Origin: Catajapyx aquilonaris
Taxonomy: Eukaryota
Assembly (NCBI GenBank): GCA_000934665.2
Contig: JYFJ02001615.1
Coordinates: forward strand, 1 to 64,000
DNA: 64,000 nucleotides
Direction of reading: 5' to 3'
A program made the translations under genes and the position numbers. The notes under the pieces were generated by a model that searched no databases, had not been told where the DNA came from, and worked only from the letters and a program-made list of their open reading frames with translations. This document shows positions 50,888 through 63,900 of the stretch, piece by piece; the stretch's first letter is position 1; every line of letters starts with the position of its first letter.

Positions 50888-52737
50888 CTGCAAAGGAAAA
50901 CCAATGAGGCTCGTCAAACGTCAACAACTCTTCGTGGTTTGTGCGTGTATGTACGGGGGACTTTTCACGTTCAAAGGAGCACCGGAATTTGCATGCATTT
51001 TTGTGCGAGGCTGCCGGATGATGAATTTTTGCGCAAGGAACAATAGATAAGTGATGGAAGGCACCCTTGGGCGCAGTCAGAATTTAGATTGCGACATCTT
51101 TACTGGAAGTGCCTGCTGTCATTGGGGAAATGTGTGGCCAGCAACCGACGTGGGTTGAGCTGACAGTTTTTATGCACGTGTGATGGGAGGACGTCATTTG
51201 AAATTCTCAGGTGTGGGATTGGCACGCGGCGAAAGTGTTTCTAATGAGAATGACGTTTCTTTTGGTTGGAATGTGCTCTTATGAGAACCACAGACAAAAC
51301 AATCACATCGACTCAAAATGCGATACTCAGCAGAAGCAAAGGTGAACAAGCAAAAATTTTTTACATTATTGTATTGGTCAACAAATAGGTGACCAATTGT
51401 GAAATAACTAATCCATCTGAATTACATGGCATTTCATCGGTGATGAACTGCCCAAGTCCACAGTTCAAGAGAGGCATTGTTTACCCCAGCAGATATCAGT
51501 TTAACGAGAGTCGACAGCCACATTCGCTTGTCGTGATTGTTACCTCTCTTCAAACTGATTTCTGGCGTAAACAATCCACGACTTCTTTCCCGCCTCCGTA
51601 TTGTTGCACCGCACCACCCTGTACATTCCGGTCCCATTTGCATCATTCCAACTAATTACACAATCTTTTTTTCCACTCGCTACGACCCTATACACTGGAG
51701 ACGTGATTGCAAAACATTCCCAAAGAGTTTGCGTAATCGACGCGTAAAATTTTATGCGTGCCCCCTTGCACCGTGCAAGCATGATTAGCACCCTACGCAT
51801 ACACTTAACGTACAGTACAGTGCACGACTCCGTGCCAGGGGCAGCTGCAATTGAAAATCTAATTAACAATCATTTGACCTCCCCTAATTTGAACTCACTC
51901 GCAGATTTACCCTGCATATACGGTGTATATCCCGACTCCTTTTGTCATCAGTCCGCTCCCAGTCTTTTGTACTTGTATATTTTTCGATTGGTTCATCGAC
52001 TTTTCCCCATCAGTATATCTCTGCAGCAGTGTTGAACGAATCCGTAATACTCGTCAATTAGCCTGATGGTAAGTGCACCGTCATTGCGCACGAGGCATGG
52101 CAGTGACCGTGGCCGGGCAGTTGCGTAAGCCCGGAATGTCACGGCAAGTCGGACATCTGGCAATTAAGTGAGTTGGCCTGGATCGACAGGCATCGGCCAG
52201 TGAAATTCGGGTGTCGAGCCGCAGCAGCAGGGTGTGGGGGTCGTAATTGACGGGGGGGAAAGAGAGTTGGCGCGCACGCAGCCGCCCACGACGGTCGGTG
52301 GGTCCTGGCCTGCTGACGTCAATGGCGCAGCCTGCCTGTCCTTCCCTGCCAAAAAAAAAGGCCGCCCTGTGGCAAGCAGACGCGGAGGCGATTGAAGCTG
52401 ACGGACCTGATCCAAATTGACTCAGGTCGCACGTGGGTGTCGCGGTGGGTGGCACCACAGAATAGGCAAGGAGAGGGGGGGGGGACCTTCTGGCTCTGAC
52501 CTTTTCCTTCAGGGATTGACAATCATTAAAGTCCGGCTGTATACGCGTAAATTAAAGGGAGAGAAATGCTATTAGACGCGATATGGGTAAAGGACAAATT
52601 GTGGAGAAAATCATCCATTATTGTGAATATCTATATAATAATCTCAGATTTTCCGTAACACTTTCATACAAGCGGCTCTATAATTGATTGATTATTTTTT
52701 GTGATGCTATATACTGCACCAGACAGAAGATTTTGGG

Positions 52738-52830
52738 GGGTGGAATTTTCGTCCCACTGCTAGTTACTGCTAACTTAGTAGTGCCACACTGGTACTGCTA
52801 AGTTAGCAGTAACTAGCAGTGGTACGAAAA
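52738..52830. mobile_element. Short palindromic (hairpin) element, copy 2, in HES intron 1
   Basis: GGGTGGAATTTTCGTCCCACTGCTAGTTACTGCTAACTTAGTAGTGCCA-CAC-TGGTACTGCTAAGTTAGCAGTAACTAGCAGTGGTACGAAAA. Same family as 13231-13342, but with a 3-nt loop and missing the terminal TTCCACCC. Confidence 0.8.
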
Positions 52831-54497
52831 GAATGGGGCAAAGGTAAATGGGCAAGTGCGTCGAGAATGACGTGATATTGAGGGTTCTTGACATACTGGC
52901 ATTAAATTTGCTGCGTTACTTTTGTAATATTCTTGTTATTAAAACTGAGAATGGGTAAGGAGATAAAAAAAAGGCATATTGAATAACTACCCCATGCAGC
53001 TGCCACGTTTCGGCTCTAAAGCAGACTGTTGCGTATAGGTCTATACAATTCGCACATTTCGGTGCATATTGGCTTATGGAGAAGTTTGGTCTCAATATAG
53101 GATATTACATATTGTAAGTTTCAGGATGATAAAAATACTATTGTTGAAATATTTTACGACGGCCAGTCCATTTGTGCACGTCGCTAATTAGGCGACGATA
53201 AATTTTACAGCCGCAAAATTGCCTACACGCTGGACAATATCGATGCTAATATGAATCTGGACTGAATGGGTCTCGAAAGTCAGTAGTATAGGAATAAGAG
53301 AATTAAATTTCTACTCGACTTTACGACCTAACATATTGCATATTTTTGCGAACCCGTGACTTCATACCGGAGGCATGTGAGATGTATCGTATACGAGTGT
53401 ATACTGAGCATGGCGCCTTTCAGAAATATTTTCAGACGCAAGTTCGGAAACTCTGATAATTAATTCCTTATTAGTTTGTATATGATTTATGCCATGTTGA
53501 TTGCATACATGCCCTATATGCAAAAGGCATTGCAACAGATCCGATGCGTGTTGTTGACGTTCAGCAAAATCCGGCAAAATCCCGACCAGGAGAACCAACA
53601 CAAACCGCATCCGTTTCAGCCTTCATTATCACTAATGCCCGGTTTGGTAAAACATCATGAAAGGCTGGAACCCAGTTTTATTTAAGCTCATATATTATGC
53701 TTTTTTTGTGCTAACATATTAAATTACCTGAACGTTAACCTGCCTGAACGAAGCTTTACATATAAATTGTGTGGTAGGTTAAATTGGTGCAGTTTTTGGT
53801 TTTGAATGTTGCATTGCAGGTGTGAATTATACTTTATACTTCCGTCATTTTTTACTGCAACATCGTTTTCGCTCAATTTTCAAAGTTATGTGTATCATGC
53901 TCATTTTTTCTCTATCGAATAGTCGCATTTTTCAGTTGTTTCGTACGGTACAGTATTACCTAACTATTGCGCGTATCACATGCAATAACATAATTAGCAC
54001 CAGGTTATAAGAGACCATTCATTTCACGCCTGGAATGCATATATTATTGTAATATGCAGGCAACTACGTGGTACACAAATCCTCATATATATTGTGCTGA
54101 TAATATATTTTCCACCCCACCACCTGTAATTGACTGCACATATTTTGAACTCCATAACATCCGGTTATGATATGCTGCGTAGGACAATATACCCGGTAAA
54201 GCTCAATAGGTGGGCCCAATTCCAAAGAGAAGGTTTTACGTAATGTTTTGGAGTCGCTTCGTCGGCAGTAAAGGAACCACGCTGTGCGTCGCTCTATATT
54301 ATCCTGGCATCGAGAACGGAAACTGCGGGGCAAATCAAACGAGGGCGCCCCGACTCTTGTCTCAATGCCAACGGCGCGGCGGCGGTGTCTTGACACCGGG
54401 AATAGGCGACGTCACCATGCCCCCGGTTAAATATCTGGGCCGCACCGTTAACTTCCAACCGGTCAACCGGGATGTGAACATATGAGTTGTGACTTAC

Positions 54498-54566
54498 CCG
54501 ACGTCCATCTGAAGGACGCAGCGTCGTGGGCGTCGCCGGCTTATCCGCCGGGAGCCTGGCCGTCAT
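54498..54566 (-). CDS. Sidpn: Exon 1 (coding part) of the HES gene
   Basis: gccATG start; 69 bp encoding MTARLPADKPATPTTLRPSDGRR, then a consensus donor CGG|gtaagt. Phase 0 joins exon 2 to give ...[15 protein letters not shown], the usual hairy-class intron position. The total protein is 23+32+310 = 365 aa. Confidence 0.85.
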
Positions 54567-54633
54567 GGCAGAAGGCGCCGTTGGTATACCCAAAAATGTG
54601 CCACTGTACCGATGTACTATTCCCAAGAAAGAG

Positions 54634-54667
54634 CGTCCGTACCGAGCGGAGCCTGAGCTCGAACTGA
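54634..54667 (-). promoter_or_regulatory. Inr + DPE core promoter of the HES gene (predicted TSS 54665)
   Basis: Minus-strand TCAGTT (54667-54662) matches the arthropod Inr TCAKTY. GGACG at exactly +28..+32 (54638-54634) matches the DPE RGWYV, with G at +24. No TATA box at -30. The predicted 99-nt 5' UTR has no upstream ATG. Confidence 0.75.
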
Positions 54668-54804
54668 GCGCGCGTCTGGCCAACCTGTTGCCAGGCAACG
54701 CATACTCCGGAGGAGGGCGTGGGTGTTGCTGCCTCTGGAGGGGGGTTGCTAGGGGTAGTTGATGGGGGGCTGGTGGTGGCAGTGGAGGGGGGTAGAAAAG
54801 AGAG

Positions 54805-54900
54805 CTCGTGTGAGCCTGCGAGTCGCGCGTGCAGGCGCGTGCCCCTCCTTCCCAGGGCCAGGGCCACGGGGCATTCGGGTCACGGGGAGTTTGACGCGTG
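54805..54900 (-). promoter_or_regulatory. Cluster of HES-type binding sites (N-box and class-C) in the proximal promoter
   Basis: CACGAG (54810-54805) and CACGCG three times (54831-54826, 54841-54836 as GGCACGCGCC, 54900-54895). Confidence 0.55.
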
Positions 54901-57900
54901 TGGCACACTGGCAGTGCATGGGATCTTATTATATTATACATGTTACAGGTTTTATTGTGGGGGCACAGTTTTATACATACAAAACGGCTGGTTGCACACT
55001 ATAGAGCGCTAAAAATGACACTTCAGCCAATAATTCGATGTTGGCATTTTTCATTTTTAGGCCCAAATATTGACCTACTGGTGGTGTGTGCACACGATGG
55101 GCAGAACGTGTGCACTAGGACTACAAGTGTTATTTAACTTATAAGCCCGCAACACCCCCGTTTTTAATAAAACCGATGAGCATCAGTTGGAAATATGTCA
55201 ATCCCGCACTTAGCTAGTTTTAAACATTATTATACAAAACTGCACTATTAGTGGAAGGACTTTCGACCTAACAGCTGGGCCACCCATATTGTATCCTGCG
55301 AGTTCCGCAACCCTTCAAACACTTGTGTGTCGCGTGGACCGGGGCGCGGCGTCTTGTGTCGTCAGGAATCTCATGGCACGGGTCTCGTCGATGTGTCTGG
55401 AAGTTGGCAGAAGGCTGAAGATCCATTTCGCGGATGCTGACTCCATTTCCCGGCTCCTCCCACGCTCCAGCCAGCCAGCAAGCGGCCAACTCACTGATCC
55501 TTGCACAATCCCAGCACGGGACTCGCCCATTAATCACCTTCCGTCCTCAGCCTGCTTCAGGGACCCGCCATTTATTTAGCCCACACACACCAAAAAAAAA
55601 AGACGGTGGGGAAAAAAGCACGTGCGGATTTACCCATAGTGATATAAAAAAATATAAGCCTGAAAAAAAGCACAAGTGCGTTTTGTCAGGGCCATAAAGG
55701 AAGTGGAATGTTACCTTGTGTCTGAAAACCAATTCGGAGTGAAGGCTCTCTTGGGAGACACAGGGGCGTGGACGCGGTTGGCAAGTGACGTGCCGATTCG
55801 TCTAGCAGCATGAGGCACCTAAGTGTAGAGGCAATCTGGAACTGTTTGGGGGCTCGTCCTCTGAAGGGGGCTTAGAACCCGGAGAGAAGACGGGTGACAG
55901 GGTTATTGGGAAGGTATAGTAGAGTTTGGGACCGGTCTTGACCACTGGGTGGGCCAAGAGACGACTGGGACCGATGCTTTGTGTAATGAAGAGCTCTTGA
56001 CCACGTCTAACGTCAGCTTCATTAGTTTGCCACTTCTCATTTCAGGACCTTGCGGAGGACACTCCTGCTTCAACATGCAAAGTGGACTGTAGGACTGCAT
56101 ACAACTTGTTCAATTTTGCTGGTGTCTTTTATTTGTAGGGTGTATTCTCGTATGTTAAAAAAACGTTTTGCCCAAATTTATCCATGAACAATTACATCTT
56201 CCACGCTTTCACCATTTTAAAAGTCTACGAGAAGTTCATGGTGCTGTATAGATGAACATGTGATACTGACTATCACATAGAAACATTAAATGGCTGGACT
56301 GTAAGGAAAGGAGCGTTAAAGTGCGTATGCATGTAATAGGACGTGTAGACTAAATACCAGCTGCTGCAACGTGCAAAACAACTTTGCCAACTCGCTTCCT
56401 TCCTCACCTCCTCAAGCTCTTTTTTTCCGTCTTCTCCTTTTCTGCTCGTGAGCTGAGGTATATCCTCGGAGGCTACATTGCGTAGTATAAACGAAGGAGA
56501 TTTATATCAGGGGTGCGGTGATTTGTGGTGGACTGAAGGCAGATATATAGTGGCTCCTGATATTTGGCAAGCGGTTTGGTCGGGGTCGTCGTTCCGTGGA
56601 CTGGAGCCAGTCTTGAGGAGTTAATGGCGAAAGCATTAGGCATTTTTAAACGGAGGGGGGCAAGTGCTGCAGCAGCAAGAAGCAGAGCTATAGGAACATG
56701 TCCTATACGGTGAGGATGGCGGCGTCCGACGGAAGGCACGATTTCCTTCCAGCTATCACGACTCCTTCCGTCTTCAATCGCAGCCTTGCCAATGTGCATA
56801 CATTTTCTCGCTTGGCAAGTCAGCAGACAGTTTTTCCCCACGTGCAGTAATGTGCCGTGCAGTCCATCAATTATTTCCTGCCTCTGCTGATGCCAAACCA
56901 GGCGGATATAACCACGAGCGTACTTTCCAAGTTACTTATTAATAAATTGTGCAATTGTGCCTCTAGTCTGCTGCATGAAACTATAACTTGCACATTTTAC
57001 TCCGGTAGAGGCAATCTGTGCGCGCTAAAGTGCAAATGGTGCAATTTATACCATACATGAACGTCCTTGATTATACTATAAACAGTAGGCCTATATTTGA
57101 ATTTGAACAGCCCATATATTATGAATCAAATTATTTTATGAATCATATATTCCACAACCCATACTGTAGCCTACGTATATATACAGCATGCTGTATACTT
57201 GAACTTACTGTTTCACTGCGAAGTTACAAATATTTTTTAAAACCGTAGATAACTTGTTCTAAAAATCAAGGTAGCCATTCAACTTGTGCTTAATAATATA
57301 TTGAACTGAGAACTTAAACATACGTAGCATTCCTACTATGCCTACGATTATACAGTTCAAGCATGCAGGTTGGGTCCATATTCGTCCGTCTAAGCTGCAC
57401 TTAGATGGAAATTGCATATTAAATTTTGAATACGGTACTCGAAATACGGGCAAGTTATATGATTACATATTTAATAATGTCTAAAAGTTATGCTGACATT
57501 TCCAGCCAACTTGCAGTGTAAATGCATGTCGGTGAATGGCCTCACGAGTGTACAGCTACTAAGGTGAACCAAATTAAGGGTATTAGACAAGTATGCCATC
57601 AGCTTGGACTTGGACAAAGTGAAGAAAAAACAATCAGCGATGTTAGATGACTGTCATCAACTATGCGTTTAAATTGTAATTATAATGCCGGCAGTATCAT
57701 TGGAATTTATAAAATCGATCGGGAGTGGAAGACATTTCATTTATTTGCTAATAGGATATATCTTTACATTCAGTTTTAGAGATGAACCACTTTTTGTATC
57801 GTTAATAATTAATCATTGAGAATAATGCTATATAGTTGAACACGTCATTTCAATATTTATGCATCATTATTGTGTGTGATAAACACTCTCGAGTTACCTA

Positions 57901-60900
57901 TAATTGTACGTGTGGATTTCGAAGGGGGAAAAAATGGACTCTGCCTTATGCAGTTCACGTGCATAAGCCATGATGCTTTTCGACACTGATTTATGAATAA
58001 TGATAACACCTAATGGAAATACGCCCTTTTATACTTTTACATACTCTGAAAAAAACGTGAAAAGTACTAATTCCTCTTAATTAATGAATAGGCTGCATCA
58101 AGCCTACTTTTATTTTCATTACCTGTCATTATGATTGATGTCTAGATAAAAAAGCCGAGTAAAAAAAAAAAAAGTACCCTTGACTAACTCCTCAAGGACC
58201 ACAACAGCCAACGAAATGGGCCTCTGAGGCAATTCCTATCTCTGTCATCGTCCACGGATGACTTACAAGTGAGAAGCCAATCTCGATGGACTTTGCCAAG
58301 GAACATCTCCCACCACGAGACGACGCAGGAATTCGACTATCGGACACAAAAAAATATATCGAGAGTCGAGGGGGAAGAAATATAGAGTCTTTTGTGCATG
58401 TTCCGTGTGGGCACCGGGATGACTCTATTAATCGTGGTGGCCACTCTGAGAGCAACATTATAATTTAGAGCTATCAAGATGAAGAGATCAAGCTTGTGTG
58501 GCAGACGGCATCAGCGCCCTCGGCGTCGCCACCTGCTTGTGGCAGCCTTTATTTTTTTTTCATAGAATAAGAGGTGGGTCCCTGCAAACGAGTTTTTTTT
58601 TCTATTCTATTAATATGGATGCATTTGGCAGCGATTTTTCATACTGGGGCGATTTCGGTTTCTGCATATCATATTTTGGAGAGGGCGTGTTGAAGCTTCT
58701 CCGCCCCGAAATCCCTGAGCAGTCATCTATATCCGAGTCTCAAACTTGCGGGGAAGTATTTGACGATCACTCATTGTCATCGATTATTTATTAGGCCGGT
58801 TACAGGTACGGCCGCCAATTTGGGCCTAGCAGGGGGTTGGACCAGTCCTTTCAGGATCGTACTTGGACACTATTTGACTTCTTCCAAAGAGAGATTTTTC
58901 ATGGCTCGACGTGTAACCTGGCCCACTCCTGCCGGGATGCTTTCATCTCATGTGCCACATGAAAAGTGGGCATAAATCATTACCCTGTCTGTTCCAATGC
59001 TGTGTTGCGTACTGATTAATTTAGTAGCACTATGCAAATATTTTGACAATAGTTTAGCCTCCACTGCTGTGAAGAATGATTTCATTCCCCCTCCAAGAAA
59101 TCTATTGGCGCCTGAAGACGCCAAGGGAGGAGTACTTTGATGGTATTAGAATGGCCAGAGCGTGAAGCGTGGTACCAGAAATTTCGGCTTGGATACCCTT
59201 AGTTTGCTCTACTGACAAGTGAGGGCTGCCAGCTAGGTCACTGCAACGATTGACCTGCCGAGGTCGTCGAGACGCGAGACCTGCTTCGAACGTGGTTCTG
59301 CAGCTTATACAAAGCCGAGGAACGCAGTCACTTAGATAACCTCTCGGCCATTACGGATCAAAATGTGCGATATAATCTGTCCCCCCACTGGTTCTTTTAT
59401 GTCCCAAAGTTGCCCAGTTGCAGCCTCCTCAGCATTGCTTTGCGGGAGACGTGGAATTCCACGCGTCGCCTTTATGCAAATTTATTTATGTTTATTGTGC
59501 CCGTCACACAAAGAAACGTATGAGCGGCTGCACGAACTGCATGTGGAAGCAGGGTTTTATCCTTGAGGAAGAAGTGTAGAGGGGGTTTGGTTGGGTACTG
59601 GGGAGGGGATTTTTATGTCTGGCACTGGCCATTTATGAGCAGAGAAACCCATGAAACGGCGCGGCAGATCAATCAGGAGGAAAGCTTTGGGGAGGCGGAA
59701 GCTCGTCTCTCAGCGTGCGCTTGGATAGCATCTGTTGACGTAACGCAGGCTTACTTGCAGTCAAAAGTGACGTAACTTGGCAGATTAATTCAAGGCGGAT
59801 GCTGGATGCGGCTGGAGGCCCAGATATTTAGCCACCTATTCTTTCCACAAAATTTCTCCTCCTCTGGTGCACCATCTGCTACTACTCCACAAGCAGTCGC
59901 AAACCAACTTGGTAATCATTCCTTTACTGATGCTCTAACTACACCGCGACTATTTACGTGCAGAATTCCAGCACACTGTACTCGAATCTCAAGTGAACCG
60001 GTTGCCAAAATTTGGCAAAACCTATGAAGCTATGATCAGTGGCAATCAAACTAAGGAGATGTCCCGCCGATTTACCAGGTGGTACTATTCTTCACTCATA
60101 TATGGCGCTCTGAACACTCCTCAGGTTCTACTGTCGGACAAACATCCGACGGGAAGAATAAGCCGATTAGGAGAAAGATACCGCAGTGGCCAAATATGTG
60201 GTTTTCACTCTTCCCAGCACTGCTAGCAGAGTGACAACTTTTCTCGCTCGATTGACTCGAACCAATGAGTTCATAAAGCAATTATTCTGTCAATTTGAGC
60301 AAAAATAATCAACTACATCAAAAGCAAAATTACTACAATATTGCTTTATTAAGGGTCGGTTGCGTGATCCATGGTCAACCCCAAACATGTGGTTCATTCT
60401 TGTTATTAACTGTTAGTAATATTGTCGCCAACATGCTGGGCAGTCTTTGTTACAAAGATTTTTTTTGACGGCTTCCACAACCTTGGTCGTGTCCGCCTAA
60501 TGAGGAAGAAGCCGCCCGAGGGCTGAGGGCTGTACTTTAGTACTAATCACCCAGCTGAGGGACTGATGGACCCCCAGAAAACTAGGGAGTCGTCCTACTA
60601 TCTGGGAGTTGTGGACCACACCGGAGAAGAGTAGGCCAGCGTACCCACTTCACTCTTCGGGCCTCTCGTCTGCTTCATCTCGATTGAAGAAGAAAAAAAA
60701 AGTGGAAAAGAAAGAAAGACTGCTCTCTGGTGCTGCTGTCCACCCTGCTGTTTTCGATGGAGAGACCTGCTGAATGAGGCCTTTGAGGGAACCGGAAGGC
60801 AGCCAGGGAAGGCCAAGGGGAGAAGAAGAATGAGGCTCCTTCAAGACTTCCCCTTTGCACTTGTTCCTCGACCAGATATCACTTTCCGGAATCCTCTTTT

Positions 60901-63900
60901 TTTTAAAGGATGGGTGAGTGGGTGGGTGGAAGGGACCGCACGCCAATAGGCTGGGGGGTGAAAAGACGCCGCTTTCACAGAAAAGAAGTTTCTTCTGGGA
61001 AATCCTTTGGCAGTGGTCGAGTAACTGGTATCTGGTTTCATCCGGTCCTTCTCCGTTGAAGAAACACAGAGAGCACTATATTTCTCATTTTACATCAATC
61101 AATGACTGCTTACATATTCGTCTAATATCCTGTACATATATGGAGTGATCATACTATTAAAACTAAGTTGCAGGTTCTGCATCGCTGTCGGCGTTTCACG
61201 CGAAAGCACAAAGTGCGTGGAATCATACAGTGTAGAACCTTTTTCTTGAAGATTCACCTGCTCTGCTTCCTGAAGCCTTCAACCTGTTCAGACTTGCAGA
61301 GAAGCGTCATCCGGTTTTTCCATCAGAGGTACGCCACCAAACCTACTTTTTTTTATGTACTTGCGGAAGTATGGAGGCATCTATCACACATTCACTCAGG
61401 GAGAGGGGGGGAAATGGTGACAAGAGAAGCCTGGTGTCCGCAAGAGGCACGTGGAGGAAAAGGGCGAGGCCTCACCCCCATACCACACGGCCTTCGACTG
61501 TTTGTTGCCACACCCAGCCTCTCTTCCCCCAACCAACCAACCGCTTCAAACAATTCCAGAATATGCGAAACCCTCCGGAAGATTCTTTGAATCGACATAA
61601 CCACAACGTAACATCCCAGGAAGGTGCCAACAACGGAATTTATTTATTTTGAGTAAAAAGACGCCGTGTTACGCCATACCTGGCAAGGCATGGTCCACAC
61701 CCTTGACCGATCCACTGGGTGTCCCATGAGCCCAGTGTGTACAGATTACATCCCAGGACGTCCTTGAGGGCGTGTGCCGGTTCGTTCCAAGGCCTATTTT
61801 CAGCTCACTGCTCTAGTGCATAGCCAAGGAGCTTGCAGTGAGAAAAGGCGGCAGCGGCCCAACGGAGCACGCTTCCCACCCCACACCCATTTAATCCCTT
61901 CCTCCCCCCCCCCACAGCACCCCCTCCATCTCCTCCACTTCTTTTCTCCGACAACACACCCAGGTGCCTTCTATATCCATCTATCTCCCTCCAACTAGAA
62001 AGCTCCCCAAATCACTCCCATAGCCTGCCTGCCTATCTTCCCGCCAATACCGCAGAGAGCCTTTTCGTGTATAGGACCAGCCTTGTCGGCCAAACTAACC
62101 TCCTAACTCAAAAAATATCAGCTGCAGGGGAGGGCTGGTTTTAAGGGGAGTGGAGGGGAGGTGAAAGACGTGGGGACAAGGCATACGTGTCAAACCCTCA
62201 CGTGGTCTCGCCGATTAACGGAGGTGATTTATTCATTCGATGCGTTTTGTAGTAGGGAAACCTGAAGCACACTGTACATTACAACAGTTCACAGGTGCAG
62301 GGGTTGCTAAAATAGTACACCTGCAGTACTGTGCATTATTTGTTCAGTGTACAGTACATTGCACAGGAATTATTTAAAACGTTTTCCTCAATATTTTTTG
62401 TTGGAGAATGTATAATTTTTCAGGCAATACCATGAATCATAAAATGTGACAATGAACCCTGTATAATAAAATAATAATAAAACGGCTACGTTGCACGATG
62501 CTTATATTAATTTCGATCAAATTGTGGCACTAGATATCACGTATGAAATTCACAAATTGCGGTGCTACCCATATTACTTTTCTTAATGTCCTTGTGGAAA
62601 TTCAGAATAAGTAGGTCATCGAATTATCTTGTATGTAATGATTACGTTTCAGATTGGAGGACAAATGTGAAGGGATGGTGGCGTTATGCAATAAAAAGTG
62701 TGTGCCTAACTATATTAATTTGTAGTGTAATTTTGGTCGTGATCCTTGGCAATTACCTTGTTTGTATCAACAACAAAATTTGAATACGGCGTAAACATCC
62801 CCTTCATGCCAAATAGCGACGTGAAATCAGAATCATTGCGTGACTGACATTCATCATTTTCTTTACCAACAAAAAAAGAAAAAAAGGAAAGGAGCAGTAT
62901 GTGGGGAGTGGACACTCAATGCTATAGCAATCGCATTCTCTCCTTGAAAGTGTTTTTCACCAGTCACATGTGTGCATTTCATTCGCGTGACATTAGGCGG
63001 GAGTGTTGACATATTGTGAAAATGTTTGTGTGCGCCTGCTCGCAAGACCAATTAGTCGACCTTCGAAGGGTAAAAAGAGCGCACCTTTATGTGGAAGGGG
63101 GGGGTGAAGGGAGGCCAAAATATAGGCGTCTGGCATTCAGGTAACATGGATGAAGGAGGAGGCTGGACCCTGCAGGATGTGGGCAGGGCCCTCCTTTCCT
63201 CCCTTCGCCTTGTCATCAGAGGTCACCGGTCCAAAAGAAGCCGAGGATATATCAATGGGGCAATTAAAGCGAGTCCGGGGCCGAAGAATGAAGCCGGGGG
63301 AGGGAACGTGCCGTGAGTCATGGCCATTCTTCTTCCTTCAACCGTATGTGGCATTTACCAACCATGACGCCTTCTGTCATATGTGTGTGTGTAACATCAA
63401 CGGCGGCAACTCATCTCTGAAGATTTGTCCACTCCCATTTGATTACAGGCACGTGTCGTTCACATATTGCGATATGAGCACGCAGCAGGTGCGCAATGAG
63501 TGTGTGCACACACTAGCAGTTGTCAGGAAACCGCATATGCGTATACATACACTGTTTTCTTGGTCGTCCTTGTGGGCTCTTGTGGCAGCTGGTATCGCAT
63601 CCGGAACAAGAGAAGACTGGGCGGAGATGATGGTCCAAAAAAGGCCAAGTTCCTTTTCCTCTCTCGGAAGTCGGCCTCGTCTATACTTGAAAGGAACTGT
63701 GCAAGAATAAGGGAAGGAAAAAGGCGTGGAAGAGGCTCCTTTTCGGCCGAGGGGTCATTCTGTCCGGATGACTTGGTCCGGGGGTCAGGGCAGGATGGTC
63801 CTTTTGCCCGCTTCCTCTCTTAAGGAGGCCGGTCCAGGTGACACACGACACCTGGGCGGAAGAAGGACCTTACAAGTGGGGGACCTGCCCACCCACTTCC

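Noticed and set aside
54294..54941. 215-aa ORF as a single-exon gene
   Set aside because: Only 54498-54566 is supported as coding. The rest runs through promoter, 5' UTR and intron.
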